Source: Patescibacteria group bacterium
Lineage (GTDB): Bacteria; Patescibacteriota; Microgenomatia; UBA8517
Length of the DNA stretch: 63,724 nucleotides
Reading direction: 5' to 3'
NCBI GenBank assembly: GCA_035260845.1
Contig: DATFUL010000013.1
Location: 1 to 63,724, forward strand
The notes under the pieces are model-generated. The model had not been told where the DNA came from, ran no database searches, and saw only the letters and a program-made list of their open reading frames with translations. Of the stretch, positions 9,804 to 19,192 are shown piece by piece; position 1 is the stretch's first letter, and each line of letters begins with the position of its first letter. The position numbers were made by a program, and so were the translations under genes.

Positions 9804-10315
9804 AATTCCAGAAAGCCTTTACATTGGTTGAACTTTTAGTTGTTATTTCCATTATTGGAATTTTGGCATCAATTGGTTTGGTTGCTTTTAGGAGTACACA
9901 GTTTAGGAGCAGGGATGCACAAAGAAAATCCGATTTAAAAGAATTAAGTAGTGCTTTGGAGCTTTTTTATTCTGACTACGGTAAATATCCTTCGTCCGGA
10001 AGTGATGGGAGGATACAGGCCTGCGGCTATGTGGCTGGCACTGCTACAGGAACGCCGTGTACCTGGGGTGTTTCAGAATTTAAAGATGATAAGGGTACAA
10101 CGTATTTTAAAGTTGTGCCTAAAGATCCTGTTTCCACAAATAGTTATTTTTACCGCAGTGTAACGGTTAATTCTGTGCCCAATTCCGGTTTTCAGATTTT
10201 TGCATATTTAGAAAATACCGAAGACCAATCAAAAATAATTACATCATATTCCTGCGGATCAGGACTCACATGTAACTTTGCGGTAACCAGCCCAAATACA
10301 ACACCTGTTGAGTAA
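9785..10315 (+). CDS. GspG-like pilin
   Basis: ...FQKA|FTLVELLVVISIIGILA followed by SRDAQRKSDLKELSSALELFYSDYGKYP. The start could also be 9800. Confidence 0.8.
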   Translation: MSENKMKFQKAFTLVELLVVISIIGILASIGLVAFRSTQFRSRDAQRKSDLKELSSALELFYSDYGKYPSSGSDGRIQACGYVAGTATGTPCTWGVSEFKDDKGTTYFKVVPKDPVSTNSYFYRSVTVNSVPNSGFQIFAYLENTEDQSKIITSYSCGSGLTCNFAVTSPNTTPVE

Positions 10316-10328
10316 TATATAATTAATT

Positions 10329-10796
10329 ATGAATAAAACTGTCCAAGCCTTTACCTTAATCGAAATGTTGGTGGTTATTTCCATTATTGGAATTTTGGCA
10401 ACTCTTGTTGCCGCAAACTTAAACTCAGCAAGGAGTAGAGCCCGTGACGCAGAACGAAAAAGCGATCTTAAAAATATTTCTACAGCCCTTAGAATTTATT
10501 ATAATGATGAGTCGAGGTACCCGGCAAGCGATAACAGCAATAAAATAAAAGCCTGTGACCCCGGGGGGGTCTCCGCCTGTACCTGGGGTGGCGAATGGAA
10601 TATTGGTACCACTGTTTATATGCAAACTTTGCCACAAGACCCACTCTCACCTACCCAAGATTACAGGTATGTACAGGATTCAAGTGACACTGATTCATAC
10701 ACTCTTGACGCCTGTCTTGAAAACCAAAGCGATACAAATGCAATAGCGTCAGGGGGTTGGTGTTCAACCGGAGTTATGTTTGAAATAAAACCATAA
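10329..10796 (+). CDS. GspG-like pilin
   Basis: MNKTVQA|FTLIEMLVVISIIGILA plus ARDAERKSDLKNISTALRIYY. Confidence 0.8.
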   Translation: MNKTVQAFTLIEMLVVISIIGILATLVAANLNSARSRARDAERKSDLKNISTALRIYYNDESRYPASDNSNKIKACDPGGVSACTWGGEWNIGTTVYMQTLPQDPLSPTQDYRYVQDSSDTDSYTLDACLENQSDTNAIASGGWCSTGVMFEIKP

Positions 10797-11300
10797 ATGA
10801 AATTTAAAAACTTAGGATTCACACTAATAGAGCTGCTTGTTGTGATCTCCATTATTGGGATACTGGCTGGAATGGTTGTTGTTTCTTTTACCTCGAGCCA
10901 AAAGCAGGCTCGCGACACGGCAAGAAAATCAGATCTTACACAGTACCGTACAAGTCTTGAGACTTACGCCAATAAAAATAATGGTCTTTTCCCTGTTTAC
11001 ACAACTTCAACTGCAGTATCAGGCAGTGTTTGTGCCACTGTTAATACATCGTTAGGTGCCACAACTAGTTGTCCAGAAGATCCTAAGTATGCAAGTGATA
11101 ATACTTATCTTCAATATCAATACCAATCAAATGGTTCAGGCGCGGTCGGAACAGCAGGCGCGTCAGATTATGTTCTTTGGGCAAGACTTGAAAATGTAAC
11201 TAATATGCTTTGGGTTAGTTGTTCAACAGGCGAATCCGGTAAAATTTCGTCATTAACAAGTATTAGCGGTGGAACTTGCCCATCGGGATTAACACCGTAA
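10797..11300 (+). CDS. GspG-like pilin
   Basis: MKFKNLG|FTLIELLVVISIIGILA plus ARDTARKSDL. Start is immediately after the previous stop. Confidence 0.8.
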   Translation: MKFKNLGFTLIELLVVISIIGILAGMVVVSFTSSQKQARDTARKSDLTQYRTSLETYANKNNGLFPVYTTSTAVSGSVCATVNTSLGATTSCPEDPKYASDNTYLQYQYQSNGSGAVGTAGASDYVLWARLENVTNMLWVSCSTGESGKISSLTSISGGTCPSGLTP

Positions 11301-11321
11301 ACTAGTTACTAGAGGAAAAAC

Positions 11322-11789
11322 ATGAAAAATAATATGTATGTTAACAGTAAAGCCTTTACATTAATTGAACTCCTTGTTGTAATCTCAATCATTGGGATTT
11401 TAATTGGCCTTTCTGTTTTTGGGTTGCAGGGTGCTAGGAAATCTTCCCGCGACGCGGTGCGTAAAGCGGATTTGGAACAAATTAGGAGCGGGCTTGGAAT
11501 TTATAAAGCCGACTGTGATACTTATCCATTAACTCAAAATTTTGGTTTGCCTGCCAGTCAAACTTTGACTGGTGACGACAGTACTACTTCTTGTTTACGC
11601 TCAAACGTTTATATTTCCCAAGTGCCAATAGACCCCTTGCCTGACAACAACTACACATATAGTTCGGATGGAATTAAATATCATTTATGTGCTTCGCTTG
11701 AACAAGCCCCCTCGCCTGCAATGGATGTAAGTAGCTGTACCGGTAGTTGCGGTGGAACTGGTTGTAACTATATAACTGCAAATCCATAA
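11322..11789 (+). CDS. GspG-like pilin
   Basis: ...NSKA|FTLIELLVVISIIGILI plus SRDAVRKADLEQIRSGLGIY. Confidence 0.8.
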   Translation: MKNNMYVNSKAFTLIELLVVISIIGILIGLSVFGLQGARKSSRDAVRKADLEQIRSGLGIYKADCDTYPLTQNFGLPASQTLTGDDSTTSCLRSNVYISQVPIDPLPDNNYTYSSDGIKYHLCASLEQAPSPAMDVSSCTGSCGGTGCNYITANP

Positions 11790-11797
11790 ACCATGAA

Positions 11798-12307
11798 ATG
11801 GAAATTACAAATCCCAAAAATCAAAAAGGATACACATTAATTGAGATTTTAGTTGCGGTTACTATTATTGGCCTTCTTTTTGGTGTCGGTTATGCTAATT
11901 TTCGAGGTTTTTCTCAGCGCCAAGTGGTGCTTGATGCTGCAAAAAGTCTTCAGGGGGACCTTCGCCTTACTCAGGAGTTAGCATTGTCAGGTCAAAAACC
12001 AGACGACATTAATTGTGCTTCTGCAAACCTGCTTGATGGTTATAGTTTTAGAATTTTATCTTCTTCAACTTACGAAATTAGAGCAAATTGTACTGGTGGA
12101 GTAGTTTTGGAGCCTACCAAAACTGTTACGCTTGTTACGGGTGCCGACATTGCCTCTCCATTTCCTTCCCCTAATCCAATTTTCTTTAAAGTTTTGGGAA
12201 GTGGAACCAATATTCCGGAGGGCACAAATGCGGTAATCAAAATTCAGCAAACTGGTACAACAAATAAATCAACTATAACAATTAGTTCAGGAGGACAAAT
12301 ACAATGA
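11798..12307 (+). CDS. Minor pilin (GspH/FimT-like)
   Basis: ...NQKG|YTLIEILVAVTIIGLLF class III signal. No GspG-type RDxxR motif. Confidence 0.7.
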   Translation: MEITNPKNQKGYTLIEILVAVTIIGLLFGVGYANFRGFSQRQVVLDAAKSLQGDLRLTQELALSGQKPDDINCASANLLDGYSFRILSSSTYEIRANCTGGVVLEPTKTVTLVTGADIASPFPSPNPIFFKVLGSGTNIPEGTNAVIKIQQTGTTNKSTITISSGGQIQ

Positions 12308-12774
12308 TGATTAAAAGTTATCAGAGGGGTCAGTCTTTGTTCGAGCTTGTAATAGCGATTGGAATAAGCGCCCTTATAATTGTTGTTTTAGTTTCTCTGG
12401 TTAGTAATTCTTTGCAAAACGCATCGTTCGCAAAAAACGAAACTTTGGCCGGGCGCTTGGCTCAGGAAGCAACAGAATGGCTCAGAGGCCAACGGGATAG
12501 CGATATAAATACTTTTACACAAAGTGTTGCAACACCATTTAATGTTGCTAGGTGTTTTAATGCTTTGGTTTGGACTGCAATTGGTGGGTGTTCAGGAGAC
12601 ACGATTCCAGGTACCCCATTTACTCGGGAAATAACATTTACTTCTAAGGATGTTGTTATAGGTGGCGACACAAAGACAATAGTCGAGGCAGAAGTGGTTG
12701 TTTCCTGGACGGACAGTAAAGGTTTGCATCAAGTAACAAACGCAACGGATTTTGCAGATTGGAGACAAAGGTAA
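12304..12774 (+). CDS. Minor pilin-like protein
   Basis: ...QRGQ|SLFELVIAIGISALII degenerate prepilin signal with Glu5. 4-nt overlap with the previous gene. Confidence 0.6.
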   Translation: MMIKSYQRGQSLFELVIAIGISALIIVVLVSLVSNSLQNASFAKNETLAGRLAQEATEWLRGQRDSDINTFTQSVATPFNVARCFNALVWTAIGGCSGDTIPGTPFTREITFTSKDVVIGGDTKTIVEAEVVVSWTDSKGLHQVTNATDFADWRQR

Positions 12775-12777
12775 AAT

Positions 12778-13290
12778 ATGCAAATAATTAAATCTACAAA
12801 TAATAAAGGAATTTCCCTCTTGGAAATCCTTGTAGTTGTTTCTATTTTTGCAGTTCTTGGAATTTTAATAACTAGGTCAGTCCTTTTGACTCTAGGTGGT
12901 GGTAAAAAGAGTGAATCGTTAATAAAAGTTCGTGAGAACCTCAATTATTCAATGGGGGTTATTGAACGACAGCTAAGAAACGCTAATTCAATAACAGATT
13001 GCACTAATACAGACACTAAGCAAATAGCTTACTTGGATCAAAACGGAATAGCATCAACCTTTTCTTGTGTAAATGTTGGAGCGGCAGACACAATTGGCTA
13101 TGTGGCATCCGGTTCTGCCCAACTTACAAATAATAATGTAAATATAACGAGTTGTTCTTTTGTTTGTACTTTAGGTAGCAGTACACCCTCGAGTGTAAAC
13201 ATAAGCTTTGAAGCAAAAGATGCAACAGCTTTGGGAACAGAAAACTCAACAGTTACAACTTCAACCCAAATTTTTCTGAGGAATTATTAG
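12778..13290 (+). CDS. Minor pilin-like protein
   Basis: ...NNKG|ISLLEILVVVSIFAVLG degenerate prepilin signal with Glu5. Confidence 0.6.
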   Translation: MQIIKSTNNKGISLLEILVVVSIFAVLGILITRSVLLTLGGGKKSESLIKVRENLNYSMGVIERQLRNANSITDCTNTDTKQIAYLDQNGIASTFSCVNVGAADTIGYVASGSAQLTNNNVNITSCSFVCTLGSSTPSSVNISFEAKDATALGTENSTVTTSTQIFLRNY

Positions 13291-13297
13291 ATAAAAT

Positions 13298-14452
13298 CTA
13301 TAGCAATTTTTCGGCAAGGCGCGCACCATTTACTGTTGAGGATAACTTCTCAAAAGCAACATCCCATGTTCTGGTTCTAAGACCACAATCCGGACTTGGA
13401 TTAATCCGTTTCGGATCACCAAGTAACTCTGATGCATAAATAATTCTATCTCTAACAAGCTCTGGAGATTCGATAAAGTCAGTGTGAATATCGACTACAC
13501 CAAGTCCAATACTTGAGTCTATTCCATGTTGCTTAAAGAGTCGAAGTACTTCGTATGCTGGGCGGTCTCCGTCATGTGTCCCCAGCTCTCTTGAGTCTCT
13601 ATTCGCGAATTCTAATGAATACTGACTACAGTTTTGCATCTGTGTAATATGGGGAAATAATAATGAATAGTCTGAGAAACAGATATGGACGCTAAATTTA
13701 CAATCAAGATCTTTAGTTGATTCGTTAAATGCTGCAACAAAAAGAGGAACTTCGGATGGAACAGTTGTTGCCGCAGGTTCATCAATTTGAATCCACCTTG
13801 CCCCTTTTGCGATAAGGTCTTCAAGATTTGGACGTATAAGATTGCGTGCAACATCAAGTGTAAATTTATGCCGGGATTCTTTGGCAACCTGAACTATATT
13901 TTGTAGTGTACTTTGTTTTCTATAATGTTCGTCAAAAGACCAAGCGGCTATGGTATAAGCTCCCGTTATTGGGACTTTTATATCTTTATCTGTAATTCTT
14001 TGAATTTCCAATAGTTCATCGGTATGCCACATGTCTTTGATGCTGGGTTCTTGAGTCACTGCAAATTTACGATAATATTTATTATCAAACGCACGCACCA
14101 ACCCTCGAGATTCGAAACCTTGTGATCTATTTACAGCGTGTTCATACATCTCACTTCTGTTTTGTTCACCATCATATATAACATCCAAACCAGCAACTTC
14201 CTGGAGACGTGTTCCATAAACAGAAGCCCAATGGCGAATTTCTTTTTTTTGCTCGGGAGACAAAGGAAGTCCTGATTCTTGTGCCGAAAGAAGAATTTCA
14301 AGCAGAGGGCTATTATCTATCTGGAGACGTTGACCCCATTTCTTCGCCTGATCTACTTCTTTTTGGCCTATTGGGTTTCCGGAAATCCCCTTTACACGCC
14401 ATTCAGGTTTTGCAAGACTTCCCACTTCATTTGTAATCAGTCGTTCTAGCAT
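13298..14452 (-). CDS. Cobalamin-independent methionine synthase-like protein, catalytic (MetE C-terminal-type) half
   Basis: IQIDEPA, VHICFSDY and PDCGLRTR motifs, matching MetE-type zinc ligands (His/Cys...Cys). 384 aa. Confidence 0.75.
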   Translation of the reverse strand: MLERLITNEVGSLAKPEWRVKGISGNPIGQKEVDQAKKWGQRLQIDNSPLLEILLSAQESGLPLSPEQKKEIRHWASVYGTRLQEVAGLDVIYDGEQNRSEMYEHAVNRSQGFESRGLVRAFDNKYYRKFAVTQEPSIKDMWHTDELLEIQRITDKDIKVPITGAYTIAAWSFDEHYRKQSTLQNIVQVAKESRHKFTLDVARNLIRPNLEDLIAKGARWIQIDEPAATTVPSEVPLFVAAFNESTKDLDCKFSVHICFSDYSLLFPHITQMQNCSQYSLEFANRDSRELGTHDGDRPAYEVLRLFKQHGIDSSIGLGVVDIHTDFIESPELVRDRIIYASELLGDPKRINPSPDCGLRTRTWDVAFEKLSSTVNGARLAEKLL

Positions 14453-14455
14453 ATT

Positions 14456-15403
14456 TTATTTAAGTGATCCCATTAACACTATTTTTTTAAGTGCCACAGC
14501 TTCCGGTAAAGATTCCAAATCTGTATTGTGGGTAATATAAATAGTTTTAGGGCGTGATTGTTCTTGAACTTTATCAATAAATATTGCCAGGTCATCACGG
14601 TTTTCTATATCTGAATTTCGCGCATCTACAACTCCTGCAATAAGATCGTAATTTGTTGAAGGTGGCAGATCGCCAATTTGAGTTTGAAAATAGTCGACAC
14701 CTATGGCATCCACCACCCCTTCTTTTTCAAGTCGTTTTGCCAGTGGTGCTGAGTCTCCAAAATAAGAGTGAAGTCCAAGCTTAACCACCTTATTAACTAC
14801 CCTCAATGATTTAAGAGACTTAACAAGAGCATCAATATCTTTTTTCTGTGAGCCGTGGTAAGGAATATATGGTTCATTAAGTTGTATGAATGAAACGCCT
14901 CGTTTTTGAAGGTGCTCTATTGTAGTACTCATTAGTTGGGTTATATTTCCAAGAGTGCTATCAAACTTACTGGTGGTTTTATCTTCACACAGCTTTGCAA
15001 ATGTGACTGGGGATGGGAGTGTAACTTTCCATTTCGCGAAATCTGAAACTTGTGGAAAATATTCATCAAGTTTGGAAAAGTCTGGAACAAGCTTACCAGT
15101 AATTACAGGTTTTCTGAAAAAAGAATTATTATCAAACCATCGGGTAACTTTCCCTTCCTCTTCATGTCTAAATCCTTCTGAAGTAGTACTAAACGGGCGG
15201 AAAATATCCTGCCAGGATATTTTACCATCCTCAATAAATGAAAAATCTTCAGTCTTTTGTAGGTTAATTAGTTTATGTTTGTCTGATGCTTGTAATGAAT
15301 TCATTTCTTCCAGTCCAACTCTTCCTCTTTCATAACCTTGCGTTACAGTGGCTAGTTGTTCAGAGCGGGGATAAATACCATGTATAAATATTTCTCTAGT
15401 CAT
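14456..15403 (-). CDS. MetE N-terminal-type half (no zinc ligands)
   Basis: Same barrel-like layout (IQLNEPYI) but without the H.C / PDCG motifs. Ends in TAA, one codon upstream of and in frame with the next ORF. Confidence 0.55.
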   Translation of the reverse strand: MTREIFIHGIYPRSEQLATVTQGYERGRVGLEEMNSLQASDKHKLINLQKTEDFSFIEDGKISWQDIFRPFSTTSEGFRHEEEGKVTRWFDNNSFFRKPVITGKLVPDFSKLDEYFPQVSDFAKWKVTLPSPVTFAKLCEDKTTSKFDSTLGNITQLMSTTIEHLQKRGVSFIQLNEPYIPYHGSQKKDIDALVKSLKSLRVVNKVVKLGLHSYFGDSAPLAKRLEKEGVVDAIGVDYFQTQIGDLPPSTNYDLIAGVVDARNSDIENRDDLAIFIDKVQEQSRPKTIYITHNTDLESLPEAVALKKIVLMGSLK

Positions 15404-15425
15404 CTTTTTATATTATATATCTAAA

Positions 15426-16313
15426 TTGCCCATTGAAATTGATCAGACATATATCTACTATTCTTCTACGATGATCGGTGGTCAAAAATTACTTTTCAAC
15501 GAAACTAAATTTATTTTATCTTCAAAAAAAAATAAATTGGAAATTCCTCAAAGTTTTTATTCAAAAGGCTATATACTATTGGACAATATAAAAAGTATCG
15601 AAGATGCGAGAAAAACAACGGAAACATTTATAGCAAATATAAATAGTGCTAAGCTCCCCTTTTTACATAGTCTTTTACCAAAAATACAACTTGCTAAGGC
15701 AGACTTGATTCCTGTTTGTGGAGATTCGGTTACCACAGATTTTCAAGGTCTCCATTTTGATATGGGTCAGCCATTTTTTTCACAAGAAGCGCAAGATATG
15801 TATTTAATGATTGGCCTTTTTTTGCCCTGTGACAGAAAAGCTACTAAAGCTAAAACCAGGGTTTTAAGTCTAAAAGGGTTGTTTAATAATAAGAAGTTAA
15901 ATGCTAATCAAGTTGAAGAAAAAATACTGAAATATGTTAAAAAACATGGAGACGGATGGAACGATGTAAATACATATAGAGTTTCTTGTTTGGCCCGTTT
16001 GATAGATGCTATATCAGGTACCCGTGATTTAGCTAGTTATAGAGATAAAACAATGGCTCAGTGGTTTGAAGGTGATATTACGAAAGAATACGAATTTTAT
16101 AAGTTACGAGGTTTTGACTTGGGTAAAATTGAAGAACAAATACAACTTAAGCCTGGGCAATTATTAATCTTGGACAATACAAGGGTTGCACATGGCCGAG
16201 TTGGAAAGCGCAAAATGCAGGAAATGTACCAAATGATGTTTGGAGTAAAAGGGGTAAGCCCTAACGAAATTAATAATTTTAGGTCTACAGTGGCTGAAGT
16301 ATTAGTAAAATAA
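15426..16313 (+). CDS. Putative Fe(II)/2-oxoglutarate dioxygenase-like protein (TauD / gamma-BBH-like motifs)
   Basis: GLHFDMG (HxD) and LILDNTRVAHGR near the C-terminus. TTG start at 15426; the first ATG is at 15471. Confidence 0.4.
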   Translation: MPIEIDQTYIYYSSTMIGGQKLLFNETKFILSSKKNKLEIPQSFYSKGYILLDNIKSIEDARKTTETFIANINSAKLPFLHSLLPKIQLAKADLIPVCGDSVTTDFQGLHFDMGQPFFSQEAQDMYLMIGLFLPCDRKATKAKTRVLSLKGLFNNKKLNANQVEEKILKYVKKHGDGWNDVNTYRVSCLARLIDAISGTRDLASYRDKTMAQWFEGDITKEYEFYKLRGFDLGKIEEQIQLKPGQLLILDNTRVAHGRVGKRKMQEMYQMMFGVKGVSPNEINNFRSTVAEVLVK

Positions 16314-16314
16314 T

Positions 16315-17349
16315 TTACTTTTTAGAAAATTTAGCCATCATATCCCACCATTCTTTCGTACCCGGGTCTTCTAAAATTGATTTTTCCGGATCGTAGTTTC
16401 CAACATGATACCCAGTTTTAACCGTATCAAGCGCCAGAATGAGATCCGGTTCATGGCTTGGTCTAAACTCCCCTTTTAACAAAGGTTTTATCATTCCTTT
16501 TCCAGCATCGTGTGCAAAAACTCTTCCATTAAAAATTGCTAGTTGCCCAGATTCAATAACAATCCGTTCATGCTTCACATCAAATGTATTTGTGAAAATT
16601 TCAAGTATCTCTTTAGGCTGCATACTTTCTGGCTCTGAAACTAATTGCATATTTTTTAAGACACTAAACATTTCTGGAAGTGGTACAGGTATGATTTCAA
16701 ACACCCTTGGAAGAATAGATAAATTTGCATAATATTGAAAAACAGGATTAGGATAATCTTTTAAGCTTGATTTTTCAGCATCAAAGTGGAAATTGGCCTT
16801 TTTAACGTCATTCTCAACTTGAGTAGTTGAGGCGCGTGCTTTATCCATTTTTATTCCTCTAACAAAAAGGTCGCTACCAGTAATACTCGCTTCCACTTTT
16901 TGGATAATTTTCACTAAATTTGGACATTCGTTTAATACAATTTCTCTGGTTTCTGGCGTTAATGGTCGGGCTAAGTCTGTTCTTCTACCACCTCTTAATT
17001 CAGTTAAGTGTCCTGTATCTTTTAATTTATTTACCTCCCTCTCTGCGTTCCAACTTAATTTTCTTGGTATACAAACTGGAAGAGCCACTACTTTAACTTG
17101 GCTGTCGAGTCCTTCCTCATTAGCGTGAGCATCAAAAGCACTTCTGTCAGTATCTCCCTCTGAATTTATAAGTTTTGTTTGGGTGTATGAATTGAGATTT
17201 TGGTTTGGAAAATAACTAGAATTAAGATGGAAATAGTAGCCTGGAGCTGTGTCGCCAAAATATGACGCCCTGGGTTCAATTTTGATTGGAAAAGCGGTGA
17301 TCTTTTCTAACATTTGTAGTAACTTACCACTAAACAAAACAGAAGTCAA
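16315..17349 (-). CDS. Hypothetical protein, possible cupin / 2OG-oxygenase fold
   Basis: NFHFDAE (HxD) and IFNGRVFAHDAGKG motifs spaced as in a facial triad. TTG start; alternative ATG at 17313. Weak motif-only call. Confidence 0.3.
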   Translation of the reverse strand: MTSVLFSGKLLQMLEKITAFPIKIEPRASYFGDTAPGYYFHLNSSYFPNQNLNSYTQTKLINSEGDTDRSAFDAHANEEGLDSQVKVVALPVCIPRKLSWNAEREVNKLKDTGHLTELRGGRRTDLARPLTPETREIVLNECPNLVKIIQKVEASITGSDLFVRGIKMDKARASTTQVENDVKKANFHFDAEKSSLKDYPNPVFQYYANLSILPRVFEIIPVPLPEMFSVLKNMQLVSEPESMQPKEILEIFTNTFDVKHERIVIESGQLAIFNGRVFAHDAGKGMIKPLLKGEFRPSHEPDLILALDTVKTGYHVGNYDPEKSILEDPGTKEWWDMMAKFSKK

Positions 17350-17385
17350 ATACTATGGGTGAAATATCAAAAATTTATTTTGTAG

Positions 17386-19182
17386 CTACGGTGCTACTTC
17401 TTTCCAGTTAATTCTTCTAGTTCCTAAGACCTTGGGGAATAACATCATTTGGTCTGGGGCATATTCAATAAATTCTGATGGGTTGTCGGAATTTAAGATT
17501 CCACCCAAGTCTCTTTGTAAAGTTGTGCCGCTATTTGCAACTAGGGAGCCCCTTATATAAAGTTGGGTATCACTTGCGCTGTCGCTAAAGCTTCCGTCTG
17601 CAAAATATATTCCCTCCAAATTAGGTAGCCCTGTACTCCCCACTGTGGGGTCAACTAAAACATTCCCTTTAGCGATAAGCATAAAGAAGCCTTGGCCATC
17701 TGTAACATTTATATCCCCTGTAATGTTAACGCTGGCATTGTCTACCAATAAAATTACTTTTCTACTGCCAAGGTCGGTAGCTGGAATAGTTAGTGGCTGG
17801 CCACTATTTGCAGCACCATCGTACTTATACCAATAATAATTGTCATTATCATGAGTTGCACTTCCGGAAGTTAAGCTGCCGGGAACGTCCCCGGTATCAA
17901 CTGTATTGGCAACTAATGCAATACTTGATGGAATTTGATTCACAAAATAATCATAGTTATAAACTCTAGGGCTAATAATTGGGCTCCCTGCAAGCCAGCC
18001 ATTTGCCGAAACATTGTCAGTAGTCAAATTTGTGTTAGTTGCATAAGAGGCAACTCCTGCATATCCGCCGGCACCTGGAAGGCCAAATAGTTTGCCGCTT
18101 GGGATAGTGTTATTTAAATCCCCGTTACTGCCAACATCGCCGTCCCCAACCTGCCACCAAGGGTCTGGAGTTAATACATTTGCAGTGGCACTAGCGGTAC
18201 AGGCTAAAGTTGCACCAAAATAAACATTTGAGTTTAATGTGGTTGTACCCACACTCTCCCCTGTTACAGTTGTTGAATAAGGGTAAGTTGTATCTGGATT
18301 AGTAACACTTGCAATTTCAGGGTCGTCACTTGTAAATGTTACGCTTGTAATTGCAGCATTTGAATTGATAGTTGTACCAAGGACTGTTGAATTATTAATA
18401 ACCACGTTTACTGTTGAACTACTGAAGGAACAGGAAGAAAGTAAAGTTAGGACACTGGAGTTATTGGAACAGGAACTGCTTTCGTAATTAACTACTTTTG
18501 CATAATAAACAGTACCAGGGTTAACCAAACCAACCAAGCTATACGGACTCGTGGCATTTGTATTATTTACAATACACCCGGGCGAGGTATTTAAACTACA
18601 ATTATTAGTTACTTGGTTTTGGTCAGCAGACACGTAAAGTTTTTGGCTAGTCCCGCCTGTCCCTGCAGTCCAAGTTAATGTCTGAGTAGACGTACTGTAC
18701 GTTAAAGCGGTTGGAGTAGTTGTAGAACATAAAGCCCCGCAATAACCCCATTCTACCTCTATGGAATCACAAACTTGGTCGCAGATAATACAGTTTTTAC
18801 CATGATACCCCCCAGCACACGACTGACATTCTTGGTGCGATGAGCAGCACCCAGCCTGACGTTTCCATGCATAACTAGGGCCATAATGATTATCTTGGCA
18901 TGCATAATTTGGTGGATTGTTCCATGTAACCACCGTACCTGCGGGGCATTGTGGAATATCGCCCCCACCACCATTTTGATCACAGTGACAATCCCATCCA
19001 TACCCATATCCAATATCTAAGGCGTTGTGGTCGCAGACACATGATTGAGACCCAGGGCAGGTTCCGCCTCCATTAACTCCACACGGTAGCGCATATACCG
19101 GACTTGTCGTAAATGCAAAGAAGAGGGTGGCAAAAATAACGACCTGTATTCCTTTGTAAAATTTTTTCTGGAAAAAATTCAT
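17386..19182 (-). CDS. Large secreted Cys-rich / Thr-Ser-rich surface protein with FN3-like and bacterial Ig-like segments
   Basis: Signal peptide (VIFATLFFAFTTSPVYA). ~120-aa N-terminal region with more than 20 Cys. FN3-like LTYSTSTQTLTWTAG..YYAKVV. Big_2-like VTFTSDDPEIASVTNPD. C-terminal ~270 aa unassigned. Confidence 0.7.
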   Translation of the reverse strand: MNFFQKKFYKGIQVVIFATLFFAFTTSPVYALPCGVNGGGTCPGSQSCVCDHNALDIGYGYGWDCHCDQNGGGGDIPQCPAGTVVTWNNPPNYACQDNHYGPSYAWKRQAGCCSSHQECQSCAGGYHGKNCIICDQVCDSIEVEWGYCGALCSTTTPTALTYSTSTQTLTWTAGTGGTSQKLYVSADQNQVTNNCSLNTSPGCIVNNTNATSPYSLVGLVNPGTVYYAKVVNYESSSCSNNSSVLTLLSSCSFSSSTVNVVINNSTVLGTTINSNAAITSVTFTSDDPEIASVTNPDTTYPYSTTVTGESVGTTTLNSNVYFGATLACTASATANVLTPDPWWQVGDGDVGSNGDLNNTIPSGKLFGLPGAGGYAGVASYATNTNLTTDNVSANGWLAGSPIISPRVYNYDYFVNQIPSSIALVANTVDTGDVPGSLTSGSATHDNDNYYWYKYDGAANSGQPLTIPATDLGSRKVILLVDNASVNITGDINVTDGQGFFMLIAKGNVLVDPTVGSTGLPNLEGIYFADGSFSDSASDTQLYIRGSLVANSGTTLQRDLGGILNSDNPSEFIEYAPDQMMLFPKVLGTRRINWKEVAP

Positions 19183-19192
19183 ATTTATTTTA

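Noticed and set aside
14453-14458. Whether the in-frame TAA between the MetE halves signals an alternative genetic code.
   Set aside because: TAA, TAG and TGA all terminate conserved genes at the expected positions elsewhere in the window (pilB TAA, pilO TGA, the HAD gene TAG). Standard code 11 fits. The stop is more likely a genuine split or a mutation.
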